Shown here: one piece after another, positions 32,240 to 43,812 of the stretch | Layout: each line of letters starts with the position of its first letter | Numbering within the stretch: the first letter of the stretch is position 1 | NCBI GenBank assembly: GCA_002269645.1 | Contig: NIVC01000108.1 | Span: forward strand, 434,001-498,000 | From: Macrostomum lignano | Lineage: Eukaryota | DNA: 64,000 nt | Reading direction: 5' to 3' | Translations under genes and position numbers: made by a program | The notes under the pieces: model-generated | What the model was told of the DNA's origin: nothing | Seen by the model: only the letters and a program-made list of their open reading frames with translations | Database searches by the model: none

Positions 32240-33787
32240 TCACGGCTTGGCCCCGGGCCTGTTGAACAGCAAATCCTTGATCAGCAGGCCGGACAGGGCG
32301 CTCAGCTCCTCGGTGACGAGGCGGCCGGTGTCCCTGGCCAGCTTGGCCACCCGATCATCCGAGTCCAGCGCGTCCATCAGTGCGGACTGGCGGCCCATGC
32401 CGGCCTCGGCCTGCTCGAGCTTGTCCGCCAGGTCCCGCGACTGGGACAGCAGATAGTCGGACTGGGAGAACAGGGTGTTGCTGCTGAGGGTGCTCACCCA
32501 GTAGCGGCTCCACAGCCTGTTAAGCAGGTGCGAGTCCAGGCTGGAGCGGAAGTACGATACCTGCATGGGAGCCGGGGGGGGGGTCATTAAGTGAGATTGG
32601 GAAAGTCCATCCCCGCTCCCCATCCCTGATCCCCATCTCAATCCCCGCTCCCCATCCCAATCCCTGATCCCCATCTCAATCCCCGCTCCCCATCTCAATC
32701 CCTGATCCCCATCTCAATGACTGCTCCCCATCCTAATCCCTGCTCCCCATCCCAATCCCTGATCCCCATCTCAATCCCCGCTCCCCATCCCTGATCCCCA
32801 TCCCTGATCCCCATCCCTGATCCCCATCTCAATCCCCGCTCTCCATCCCTGATCCCCATCTCAATCCCTGCTCCCCATCTCAATCCCTGATCCCCATCTC
32901 AATCCCCGCTCCCCATCTCAATCCCTGATCCCCATCTCAATCACTGCTCCCCATCCTAATCTCTGATCCCCATCCCAATCCCTGATCCCCATCTCAATCC
33001 CCGCTTCCCATCTTAATCCCTGATCCCCATCTCAATCCCCGCTCCCCATTCCAATCCCTGATCCCCATCTCAATTCTTTATCGCAATCCCCACTTTCCAT
33101 CTCAGCCCCAGTGCGCACCTCAAGCGCATAGTACTGCCTGCAGTGCACCCCGAAGTCTTCAATCTTGTTGAGCGGAATCGGCTGGTACTGCGAAGGCGGC
33201 TCGTCGGCCGGCTTGTAGCCCTGCGGGTAGGTGCGGAAGGCGCCCAGCTCCACCCGGCCGGCCGAGATGGTCCTGACGTGGTCCACGACCACGGCCAGGT
33301 AGGGGTCCTCGTACTGCTGGTGGGTGGTCTGGGTGGTGACGTCGATGCCGCTGAGCCAGCAGCCGTATCCGGGATGGCTGTGGTACCAGCCAATCACGTT
33401 GTCCTGCCGGCCGACTCGCCTGGAGTCCTCGTGATAAGTACACATGTACTCGTTGGCCTGAGCCTGTGCGTTCACGCGGGTCTCGGTGCCCTCCACGGGC
33501 AGGGCGAAGCTGTCAGTGACCACCATGGTGTTAGGCAGGATGCGGCCCCTGATGATGCCCATGATCTCGTGCTTGGCACCGGACTTGGCGTGCATCAGCA
33601 TCTTGATGAGGGCGGTCGCGCTGATTCGGGCGTACTTGAAGTACGTGGGGTCCCGTGACCAGGGCGCACCCTGCACCAGCTTGCGGTGCTCCTCGGCGTT
33701 GAACCGGAAGATCTCGTCGGAGGGCGCGAGCTCCTTCACTTCGTTGCTGAGCAGGAATCGCTTGAGCGCGGCTTCGGAATCCGCCAT
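32240..33787 (-). CDS. COPS5: COP9 signalosome subunit 5 (JAB1/CSN5), 2 coding exons, 329 aa
   Basis: Exons 33787-33119 and 32560-32240 (990 nt). Includes [31 protein letters not shown], the JAMM motif [25 protein letters not shown] and [14 protein letters not shown]. Confidence 0.97.
32605..33075. repeat. C-tract minisatellite (~19-bp, variable) filling the COPS5 intron
   Basis: CCCCATCTCAATCCCTGAT variants; G-rich on the transcribed strand. Confidence 0.95.
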
Positions 33788-33999
33788 CGCGACTAGCAAC
33801 TCAGCTGCAAGTTGGACAAGGCGGTGGCGGGCTTGCAGCAGGTGGGAACGGCTGTCGGGATATTCAATGATTGGGTTTTCAATAGAGCTGACCGATGGGA
33901 CAGTGGGCAGGCAGGCTCGCCCATCTCTGAACACTGCTTATGGGGCAGGGCTGGCGTATACAAATCTAAAATCTTACATGTAAATCTTAAATTGTATGG

Positions 34000-34682
34000 A
34001 CTACAGTGTCTCATGTGCTACAGTGTCTCATGTGCTACAGTGTCTCATGTGCTACAGTGTCTCATGTGCTACAGTGTCTCATGTGCTACAGTGTCTCATG
34101 TGCTACAGTGTCTCATGTGCCACAGTGTCTCATGTGCTACAGTGTCTCATGTGCTACAGTGTCTCATGTGCTATAGTGTCTCATGTGCTACAGTGTCTCA
34201 TGTGCTACAGTGTCTCATGTGCTACAGTGTCTCATGTGCTACAGTGTCTCATATGCTACAGTGTCTCATATGCTACAGTGTCTCATGTGCTACAGTGTCT
34301 CATATGCTATAGTGTCTCATGTGCTACAGTGTCTCATGTGCTACAGTGTCTCATGTGCTACAGTGTCTCATGTGCTACAGTGTCTCATGTGCTACAGTGT
34401 CTCATATGCTACAGTGTCTCATGTGCTATAGTGTCTCATGTGCTACAGTGGATTTCTCATGGCCTACAGTGGATTTCTCATGGCCTACAGTGGATTTCTC
34501 ATGGCCTACAGTGGATTTCTCATGGCCTACAGTGGATTTCTCATGGCCTACAGTGGATTTCTCATGGCCTACAGTGGATTTCTCATGGCCTACAGTGGAT
34601 TTCTCATGGCCTACAGTGGATTTCTCATGGCCTACAGTGGATTTCTCATGGCCTACAGTGGATTTCTCATGGCCTACAGAGG
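34000..34682. repeat. Compound array: 17-bp units followed by related 21-bp units
   Basis: CTACAGTGTCTCATGTG (34000-34445), then CTACAGTGGATTTCTCATGGC (34443-34682). Confidence 0.97.
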
Positions 34683-34868
34683 AATTCTCCAATAAAAGGG
34701 AATCTCTAATATATAAAATGGCGGATTATCAGAACTACCGGGTAGACCACAAAATGACTTCAGCAAATTGATTTTTATAAAAAAGCGAACAGGTAAACAG
34801 AACACTGCTTCAGTATCGATATATCTGTTTTATACAACTGGGGGCAGATTCTCAGTGCTTGGCACCGG

Positions 34869-36286
34869 TCAGGACAGCAGGTTCACGCTGTCCCGCTGGA
34901 ACTGCGGCACTGCGCCAAGCACGTAGGCCTCGAGCCGGTCGGCCATCTCGCCGGCTGTCCAGCGGGGTGAGTAGGGGGGCGAGTCGAAGCGCTTCTCATA
35001 GGGCGCCCGGCCGCCCGTCTTCCTGTGGTGGTACAGGGAGCGCATGGTGAGGATCCACGGCTGGTTGGGGTGCGGGAACTCGTGCGGCAGTTCCACGATG
35101 AGCAGGAAGTGAAAGTCGTTTAGCTCGAAGATGAAGCTGGCCCACAGGAAATTCTCTGAGTCGTATTCGACCAGGGCGCTGCGGCAGGATGGGTTGAAAA
35201 TGGGTGAGATTTGAATCTTTCATTTGAACCCTGGGTGAGATTTTGAATCTTTCATTTGAACCCTGGGTGAGATTTTGAATCTTTCATTTGAACCCTGGGT
35301 GAGATTTTGAATCTTTCATTTGAACCCTGGGTGAGATTTGAATCTTTCATTTGAACCCTGGGTGAGATTTTAAATCTTTCATTTGAACATTGGGTGAGAT
35401 TTTAAATCTTTTATTTGAACATTGGGTGAGATTTTGAATCTGGTTTGATATGGGGTGAGGGGGTGAGATTTTGAATCTGGTTTGATCTGGGGTGAGATTT
35501 TAAACATATATTTCAGATGGAACTATGGCTTAGTGTTCATGTTCATATTTAATTATAATATACTCATTATTCAAAACTACTACAAATAAGACAGCTACTA
35601 ATAGTAGTGAGTCACTCACTTATGGTGCCGGCTCAGCAGCACGTTGATGAGCTCCTCGCGCCTGTTGCAGCTGTTGCTGATGCCGAGGAGCTGCGCGGGG
35701 CGTGGGAAGTCAATTATAATTATTATAATTATCATCATTCTACCACTCCATATAGACCATGGGAGGGAGCAAAAGAAGCAGCTGCCTCTTGGGGGGCCAT
35801 GGGGGAGGCATCCAGGGGAGGTCAACAAAGGGGTCAGTTGCCCCCCCCCCGGTAAAAAATGTTCCACAGTCCCATGTGCCATAATTGACAGCCAAAATAA
35901 AGTCGAGAGGAAAATGGGAGGCTCAATTCCAGCCAGGGCTGCCGTACACCCCTGTACTGAGGCTGCGCCCGCGTACGTATCTGTGCTGAGTGGGCCATGA
36001 CTGCCGGCCTCCGGCAGCCGGTGTTTGATGAAAACAGACGCAAGCTGGCACCAAATCATGCTGGGAACCCCTCTGCATCTAAAGAAAACTGCAGCTGCGG
36101 CCGGCGCTTACCGAAACTGGAAGCAACTGAGAGGCCGACATCTGGGAGGGGAATTCGTTTGTTTGTTTATTTGGGATGCTGACTTAGGGCTTCGGGATCG
36201 CGGGGACTCTGGGGGAATCGTGACTCCTCAGGTGAGATTGGAATCTCCAACTGGACAGACTGTCTGTTTGTCTGTCTGTATGTTTG

Positions 36287-36340
<54 letters not shown>

Positions 36341-39300
36341 GATGTCTGTCTGTCTGTCTGCCTGAGCAATCTAATATCGGGATGCAACAGCAGATTCTCA
36401 ACAATGCCGCTCCAAACGCAAGCGAGTGAAAGCTTATGACTCACCCGCTGCTGCAGGCTGTCCAGTAGGCGGGTGAAGTAGGCCGCCAGACTTCCGCTGT
36501 TGGCGTCGAAGTCGGGAAACTTCAGGCTGATCTGGTAGTCCTGGAGCAGACTGCGGAGGTGGGTGTTGGGGACGGCCGTGACAGACACAGACTACTCAAA
36601 TGTTTACAGACTACTCAAATGCTTACAGACTACTCAAATGCTTACAGACTACTCAATGCTTACAGACTACTCGAATTTTTACAGACTACTCAAATGTTTA
36701 CAGACTACTCGAATTTTTACAGACTACTCAAATGCTTACAGACTACTCAAATGTTTACAGACTACTCAAAAGTTTACGGACTACTCAAATTTGACAATTA
36801 TTAGAAGTCTTGAAATCCTAAGAATCCAAAAAATCTTTGCATGCCGAAACTCGCGCACTGAGCATGGGTACAAAAATTTATTTACTTCTTCAGCGAGGGC
36901 GTCAGCCGCAACTCAGCGGGCACCCGGCGGGTCAGGCCGCAATCGATGAAGCGCAGGAGCAGCTGGGCGCACATCTCTTCGTCAGGGTAACGGCTCAGCA
37001 GGGCGGCTGACAGCGCCGCGTAGTCAAGGGGCAGCGTGATCTGCGGCAGGTGGAGGGCGGGTGCCAGTCAGCTCTGCAACTCCTGATCCCCAACAGGTGG
37101 AGGGCGGGTGCCAGTCAGCTCTGCAACTCCTGATCCCCAACAGGTGGAGGGCGGGTGCCAGTCAGCTCTGCAACTCCTGCATCCCCAACAGGTGGAAGGC
37201 GGGTGCCAGTCAGCTCTGCAACTCCTGCATCCCCAACAGGTGGAGGGCGGGTGCCAGTCAGTTCTGCAACTCCTGCACCCCAACAGGTGGAGGGCGGGTG
37301 CCAGTCAGCTCTGCAACTCCTGCATCCCCAACAGGTGGAGGGCGGGTGCCAGTCAGCTCTGCAACTCCTGCATCCCCAACAGGTGGAAGGCGGGTGCCAG
37401 TCAGCTCTGCAACTCCTGCACCCCAACAGGTGGAGGGCGGGTGCCAGTCAGCTCTGCAACTCCTGCACCCCAACAGGTGGAGGGCGGGTGCCAGTCAGCT
37501 CTGCAACTCCTGCACCCCAACAGGTGGAAGGCGGGTGCCAGTCAGCTCTGCAACTCCTGCATCCCCAACAGGTGGAGGGCGGGTGCCAGTCAGCTCTGCA
37601 ACTCCTGCATCCCCAACAGGTGTAGGGCGGGTGCCAGTCAGCTCTGCAACTCCTGCATCCCCGAGTGTTTATCTCCCAATACCTCCCAAATCCCGATTTC
37701 AATGAACACCATTTAACAGATCCCAGCACTCGTGAATCCAAGCACTACTCATTTCACGGACCTGCAGGTTCAGCCCGCCGGTGCCTCCAGCCGCAGCGGC
37801 AGGCGCGAAGGCCTCCCAGTGGAGATCGCGGAACTCCTTGGCGGCTCTGAGGCCGGCCAGCTGCTCAGACAGGCGGCTGCCGGCCGGAACCGACTCGACC
37901 GCTCGATTGTTAATCTGCTTGAGCAGGTGGGTGAGCACAAGAGTGAGGTAGTCGGAGGGGCCAGAGGCCTCGGCCAGCACCGAGTCATAGTTGACGGTCG
38001 GCACGAAGCCGCGCAGCTCCTCCGAGGTGACGATAACGTCTGGCAGGTCGTCCTCGTCGCTGAGGATGACCTCGCCTTAAGCCGAAGCAGCGGTTAAGTC
38101 AGTGAGAATAGCAATGCACTTTTGCTAGGTCTATTAGTGTCTAGAAACAAAGATCTGATGGGTGGTAGGTACTCACAGTGCACTGTCGCGTTTGCCCAGG
38201 AGATCTCCATGGCAACGGCTGTAGTGTTTGGCGGGATTGGCCAGCCATGAGCCCTGAATAATTGATTGATGGATTAATTAGCATCAATTCATAATCAGGG
38301 TTTATAAGCTGCATTTCTGAGGTCTTTTTCTGAAACATTTTTAGCAAGTGGTTTTTTCTTAGAAAAGTTTGGCTAATTACACAATAGTCAATAGATAAGT
38401 CAAGATTTTAAAATTTTGAAGTTTTTTCTTAGGACAATTTTATTTAATGGGCTAGACAAAGTAGAAGTTTATTGCAAATGCAATAGAAGATAAGTTGCAA
38501 TTTAATAAAACTATAAATTCACAACCAAATTTACTTTGACCCATAGTCTTATTTATGAATGCCCTTTTTTGGTGAACATTCTCACACCAATGGGCAAATT
38601 GCGTGCTGCTACATGTCATTGGCATGCTGCATGCAATGGTACAATGCAGGATAGTCAACAATGCATCTCATCAATCACAACAAAATAGAAAATTGATTAA
38701 ACTAAATGAACAGTCTTGTTAACATAGATTTAAGTTTTTTCTAGCTTAGGCCTAGACCTAAAATTTAAAGTAACTAAGATTTTTTATTTATATTTATTTT
38801 TTTATTTAAGTAATATTTGAATTAAAATCTTCAAAAATCTAATTATTTATTTGAATCTTAAGTTTATAGTATTATTACATAATTGCTTCTAATGCTTCTA
38901 AAATTTTGCAATTAATTTTTAATAATAAAGTCAAAGTATAAATTTATATCTCTACTAAAACAATTTTGCAAATTGATTAAATACAATTTGTAAGTTTTAT
39001 AGCTCATATTTATTACTGAGCCTATAAACTAGAATTAGGCTTAAGATTTTTGTCTAAGCTAATTGAAAAGTTACAACTAGGTGCTTTATACAGTTATTAA
39101 AAAATATAGAGAGCTTGTGTGCATGGCAGTTGTCTACCCAGTGTTTAAATTGCATGCACAGCAGCCACATCTTAATTATTATAGGCCTATAGTATGTCAA
39201 ATACTATTTGAATTATTGGAAATTAATATTTGAATTAACAAAAAATAGCTATAAATTAAGATTACATTATACATGGGATAAAACAAGTAATAAATCATTA

Positions 39301-42010
39301 AATAAATTCAGTGAGTAGCAACATGCAGATTTGAGAGAAAGGGTCTGATTTGCAATTCACTATATTGCCAATCTGCCAACTGCCATGCATGCAATTAAAA
39401 CACTTGAGGGATGGCTGCCATGCAAGCAATTAAAATACCAGGTGGATGGCTGCAATATATGCAATTTAAACACTATCTATGTGGATAGCTACCATACATG
39501 CAATTTAAACATTGGGTGGACAGCTGCCATGCACACAAGCTTTCCATAAAAAATTATAGGAAATGTTCATCACTATGGTCCCATGCCAATAATTCCAATT
39601 TTATCCACATAGTTCCATATTGATAATTTCTAGCTTATCCTCATAGCAGCTTATAGGAATAGAGAACCTTAAAATGAATCTGTTCAAAAATTGTCTATTT
39701 GTTTTCACTGTTTTACAAATCTTCCAAATAAAATACTTATAGGCCAACTGAATATTGAATAGTTTTTACAAAGAGAACTTTGTTAAAAATTTTCATCATT
39801 AAAACGGTTAATTTTAAATATTTGCTTAGCTGCCGGCTTTGCTTAGAACAACCAAACAACCCTAATAATAAAGATTTTTTATTAGAGGCAGGGGGTTGTG
39901 TGCACCTTGGGGCACTTTAAGCGGCATGGGCACACAACCAGCAAGCCATATTGCAGAAGGAGGGGTGTACACCGGAATTTTCTGGTATACACTTGAGTTC
40001 TATGGCGTATACTGACGTACATTTCTTGGCTGTGTACAGTGTGGCATACAGCGTGATATACACGACTGGCATACAAATTAATAGCAATAATTTTTTCGTG
40101 TATTTTTCTGTGGTAAGTTATTTCAAGAACCATTTTTTGCTACAATTTTCTCATTTACTAATCATTTTAATTACCAGAATTGTCATAATAATTGTCATAT
40201 CATTATCAATTTTCTGTAATTTATATTTAAATTTTCATTGATTTTTTACCATTAAACCATTTATAATTATAATATACTATTCTGATTCTGACTTCTGTTT
40301 ATGTTTAATTTCTGTTTTTTTTGTTGGCGCACATTAAGAAAGTTGGCATACATTTAAAATTTGTTGGCATACAATTGAAAATTCAATGAAAATGTGTCCA
40401 GCATACACAGAAAACCTTCTGCAATATGGCTGGCAAGAGGCATTGCTACCCATTCTGCCAACTCCCTTGAGCAGGCATATAAGCACGAGGATACATATGT
40501 AGGCACATACTCACATAGGAGTGTACAGCAGCCCTAACTTTATTTTATCGTTACGCATGTACACTTCATTGCACCTTGGGGGGGTTGGCTTTCAAGGCTG
40601 TTAATTGCACAAGCAGAGCCAAACCAAGATTCCAATTTAGTCCCAAATTAATATGACTGCACTTGGAATCAAGCCTGGGTCGCTGGCATACCAGAGCCTG
40701 CGCTAGACTGCTAGGTTTCAACCTACTTCGGTGAAAGAATTTTCGGCGAAAGTCAATAACGGCAAAAAATACTTTCGCAATGACCATTTCATCTAAAGCT
40801 GACCATTTTGGCGAAAAATTTATTCTAAGCTTCGCTGAAAAGTTTTTTGTTTTAGAAGAAAGTTAAAAAGAAAAACGACGAACTTTATAAAGACTAGGCC
40901 CTAATTTTATCGTGACAGGTTTTGTTTTGTCGCAGTTTAATTGAGTTGTTTTATTAGATGCCCATCCGTTACGGCGGAATTTCAAAGTACGATTTTAGGA
41001 GCCTGGAATAAATCTGAAAAACCACACCGTCATCATCCCTAATCTATCGACTGCATATCGCGCACATGTACATAACATTGCTACAAGCTAAGTCATTAGT
41101 TTTAAAATTTTCTAACTATAAATAATTTGCAGCAATGAAATTTTATTAAAAGCTTCAATCACTAAAGTGGTATATTTGCAATAAATATGTAGTAGCCCAT
41201 CTTTTCGCCGAACTGGTCACTTTCTTTCGCCGAAATGTACATCAATTGAAACTTAAAATTCACTTTCGCCGAAGCGTCTTTTGCCAAAAATTCCTTCGCC
41301 GAAATGGGCTGCACCCGACTGCTAGGCTACGGCCCCCTAATAATAATAATGATACTAATACTAATAATAATGACAATATTGATTTAATGTTAGTACACAA
41401 AACTAAACACAAACTGCTCAATCTTGGCTGTGGGGATAAGCTGGAAATTATCAACATAGATCTGTGTGGATAAAATTGGAATTATTAGCACAGGACCATG
41501 TGGATAAGCACTTCCAAAATAATATTAGGCCCTAGACCTAATATTAAATTTAAATTCAAAACAAAATAACTTGACTTGCAAACTATAGCATAAACTATAG
41601 CACAGGCCCTAGTCATAGAATAACCCCAATAAAAATAGATTAGATCAGATTGCTACATTTTTTGGCTTATTATTAAAATCTAGCTCTATGCCTAATCAAA
41701 TAGGCCTAATAAAATATAAACTTTAACATCTAAGTCAAAGCATATTATTTAAAGGTACTAGGCCAAGCTTAAATGATATATATATATATATATAACTATC
41801 ATTTTTTCATGGCACTAACTAGGCTACTAATGGCTTCTTTTAAACATTTTTGGGTCAGCCAACTCATCTGAAACAGTGAAACTTAACTTACACAGAATCT
41901 CTCTTTGTGTCTCCAACTTCATATAAAGCTTTTCCAAACTTAAAGAAGTTAAGTCCTTCAACTTTTGACTTTGCAATGGCTACTTTATAATTTTTTAGGA
42001 ACTTTTCCAT
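34869..42010 (-). CDS. BABAM2: BRISC and BRCA1-A complex member 2 (BRE/BRCC45), 7 coding exons, 383 aa
   Basis: Exons 42010-41892, 38253-38177, 38075-37762, 37040-36886, 36550-36445, 35690-35620 and 35178-34869 (1152 nt, phases 2/1/0/2/0/2). The C-terminus VEYDSENF...ELPHEFP...PYSPRWTAGEMADR...VPQF matches BRE. Exon 1 is AT-rich and is inferred from ATG, GTAAGT donor, phase and total length, so it is less certain. Confidence 0.88.
35200..35505. repeat. 32-bp minisatellite, BABAM2 intron 6
   Basis: Unit GAACCCTGGGTGAGATTTTGAATCTTTCATTT. Confidence 0.93.
36588..36790. repeat. 19-bp minisatellite, BABAM2 intron 4
   Basis: Unit CAGACTACTCAAATGTTTA. Confidence 0.93.
37047..37660. repeat. 47/48-bp minisatellite, BABAM2 intron 3
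   Basis: Unit CAGGTGGAGGGCGGGTGCCAGTCAGCTCTGCAACTCCTGCACCCCAA, about 13 units, abutting the splice acceptor at 37041. Confidence 0.97.
39110..41500. mobile_element. Cluster of decayed inverted-repeat elements in BABAM2 intron 1
   Basis: Inverted pairs at 39113-39165/39490-39541, 39575-39655/41425-41500 and GCCATATTGCAGAAGG 39946/40431; TTCGGCGAA/TTCGCCGAA repeats at 40725-41305. Confidence 0.6.
40538..40716 (-). mobile_element. tRNA-derived SINE family 2, copy 2
   Basis: Reverse-complement homolog of 28448-28642. Confidence 0.7.
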
Positions 42011-42147
42011 TATAAAGGGGTTATATGCAAACTAACGACAACGAGCAATCGTAAATAGGCCCTATAATAATTTCATGACGTGAATCTAACTAAATTGTGA
42101 CAGTGTGATTCGTAGAATCGCGTGTATCGTATTTCTTTATTTTCGTA

Positions 42148-42526
42148 GGGTCTCCCTAAAACACGCACCGCCCCGCCCCGAACCGCTACACATTATAACA
42201 TTTTTTGTCAATGCAGTATTTGATTGCAAAGAAAACTATTTGTTGTAAGAGTAATGGAATAAATATCTTTTATTAATATTATAAATATTATTATTATTTT
42301 TATATTCTTGTTTTCATTATTAAATTATATTCTTATTATTTTATTAATATTATTATTAATATCACTTATTATTTACCGAATTTTATATTTCATAGTAAAA
42401 AAACTAAATTTAATAAAAACTTTGAAGCTTAACAGAAAACGCATTTTGAAGTGTCTTCAGTTATAGTCCAATTTGTTTTAATGTGTAGCGCTGCAGGGCG
42501 GTGCGGGGCGTGTTTTAGGGAGACCC
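42148..42526. mobile_element. Mutator-like MITE, copy 2, inserted in the 5' LTR
   Basis: TIR GGGTCTCCCTAAAACACGC with a 9-bp TSD ATTTTCGTA (42139-42147, 42527-42535); absent from the 3' LTR. Confidence 0.95.
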
Positions 42527-43138
42527 ATTTTCGTATGCATACCGTATTCTTTCATTTATTTTAACAATATTCGTACGTATTATTATCGCGCTATTTTTAC
42601 GGTTAATTGCTTTGTTTTTTGTAGCCTCATGTATTTATTCTATTATTTGTATTTCATTCATATCGTTATTATTTATCGTAAAGTAGTCCTACCTATGTAC
42701 ATGTACTGACGTATGTTATTCTTGTATGATATATTTATCGATTAATTTGTACATGTACATTTCGCCTGAGTGGGGTTTGTCTGGTTTTTGGATTAAGCTT
42801 GTTGTTATCTTGTTTACTCACCAATTATAAAAATACACTTGCAGTCAGCGGGGCCGCTCTCTCCATTTGCTTCGTCACTTCGCTTCTCGCTCTAAGCTTG
42901 CGGGTCCCTTAGCTGTCTGGCCTCTTTACCTTAACCCTCTACCGCCTGCCTCAGCCCACCCACCAATCAACTGAATCCTGACCGGCCCTTGCTAGGCGCA
43001 TCAAATTAAGCACCAATCCAAATATACTAAATCTGCAAATTCACGCTAAGGATAAAATCGGCTGCTGATCTGCTGGATCGTAGATTAATCCCAATTATCC
43101 GCTACACAAAGTCTTCCGCTTTATTCGTCACATAAATT

Positions 43139-43163
43139 TGGAAGTCCCACCGAGATTCAACTC
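43139..43163 (+). promoter_or_regulatory. Primer binding site complementary to the tRNA-Gln 3' end
   Basis: TGGAAGTCCCACCGAGATTCAACTC versus the reverse complement of the eukaryotic tRNA-Gln end as recalled (TGGAGGTCCCACCGAGATTTGAACTC). Confidence 0.8.
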
Positions 43164-43224
43164 GACCCGCACGGCTCCTCGTGAGGTCTTAGATCACCCA
43201 TCTGCCTATTTGCGTTGTTATTTG

Positions 43225-43480
43225 TGGCGATCTGCAACGTTCTGCGACGATCTGCGACGATCTGCGGCGATCTGTGGCGATCTGCGGCGATCTGCGACGA
43301 TCTGCGGCGATCTGTGGCGATCTGCGACGATCTGCGGCGATCTGCGACGATCTGTGGCGATCTGCGACGTTCTGCGGCGATCTGCGACGATCTGCGGCGA
43401 TCTGAGACGATCTGCGGCGATCTGCAGCGACCTGCGACGATTTCTGGCGATCCGCGGTGAGCTGAGGCGATCTGCTATCT
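43225..43480. repeat. 10-bp tandem repeat in the Gypsy 5' UTR
   Basis: GATCTGCGAC/GATCTGCGGC/GATCTGTGGC units. Confidence 0.93.
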
Positions 43481-43812
43481 GCAAGTGGCCCAAAGACGAT
43501 CTACATCGGCCGGAGCGATCTGCACATCGGCCGAGACGCAGTCTGCATCCGCCAGAGGCCATCTACGACTGTCCGAGCGACGATACCAGCTAAGCCCGCA
43601 ATCACGTTTCGTAAACCGGTATGAATCCCTCTGTGTGTGTCTTTTAGGGCTCTTGTCTGGCAGGTTAGCATTTGGTTTGCGTGATTTTAGTTTAGATTCT
43701 TTAGGTTGGGCATTAGGTCCTGCCAGACACTGTGTGCTTTTGCTTTTGTTCTTCTCTCGTTTTCCGCTTTCTCTCTCTTTCTTGCTGCCTTCTCTTCGTT
43801 GCCGAGCCGATC

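Noticed and set aside
37047-37660. Regular 47-bp repeats and other arrays as a possible CRISPR array
   Set aside because: There are no unique spacers or cas genes, and the context is a eukaryotic intron.
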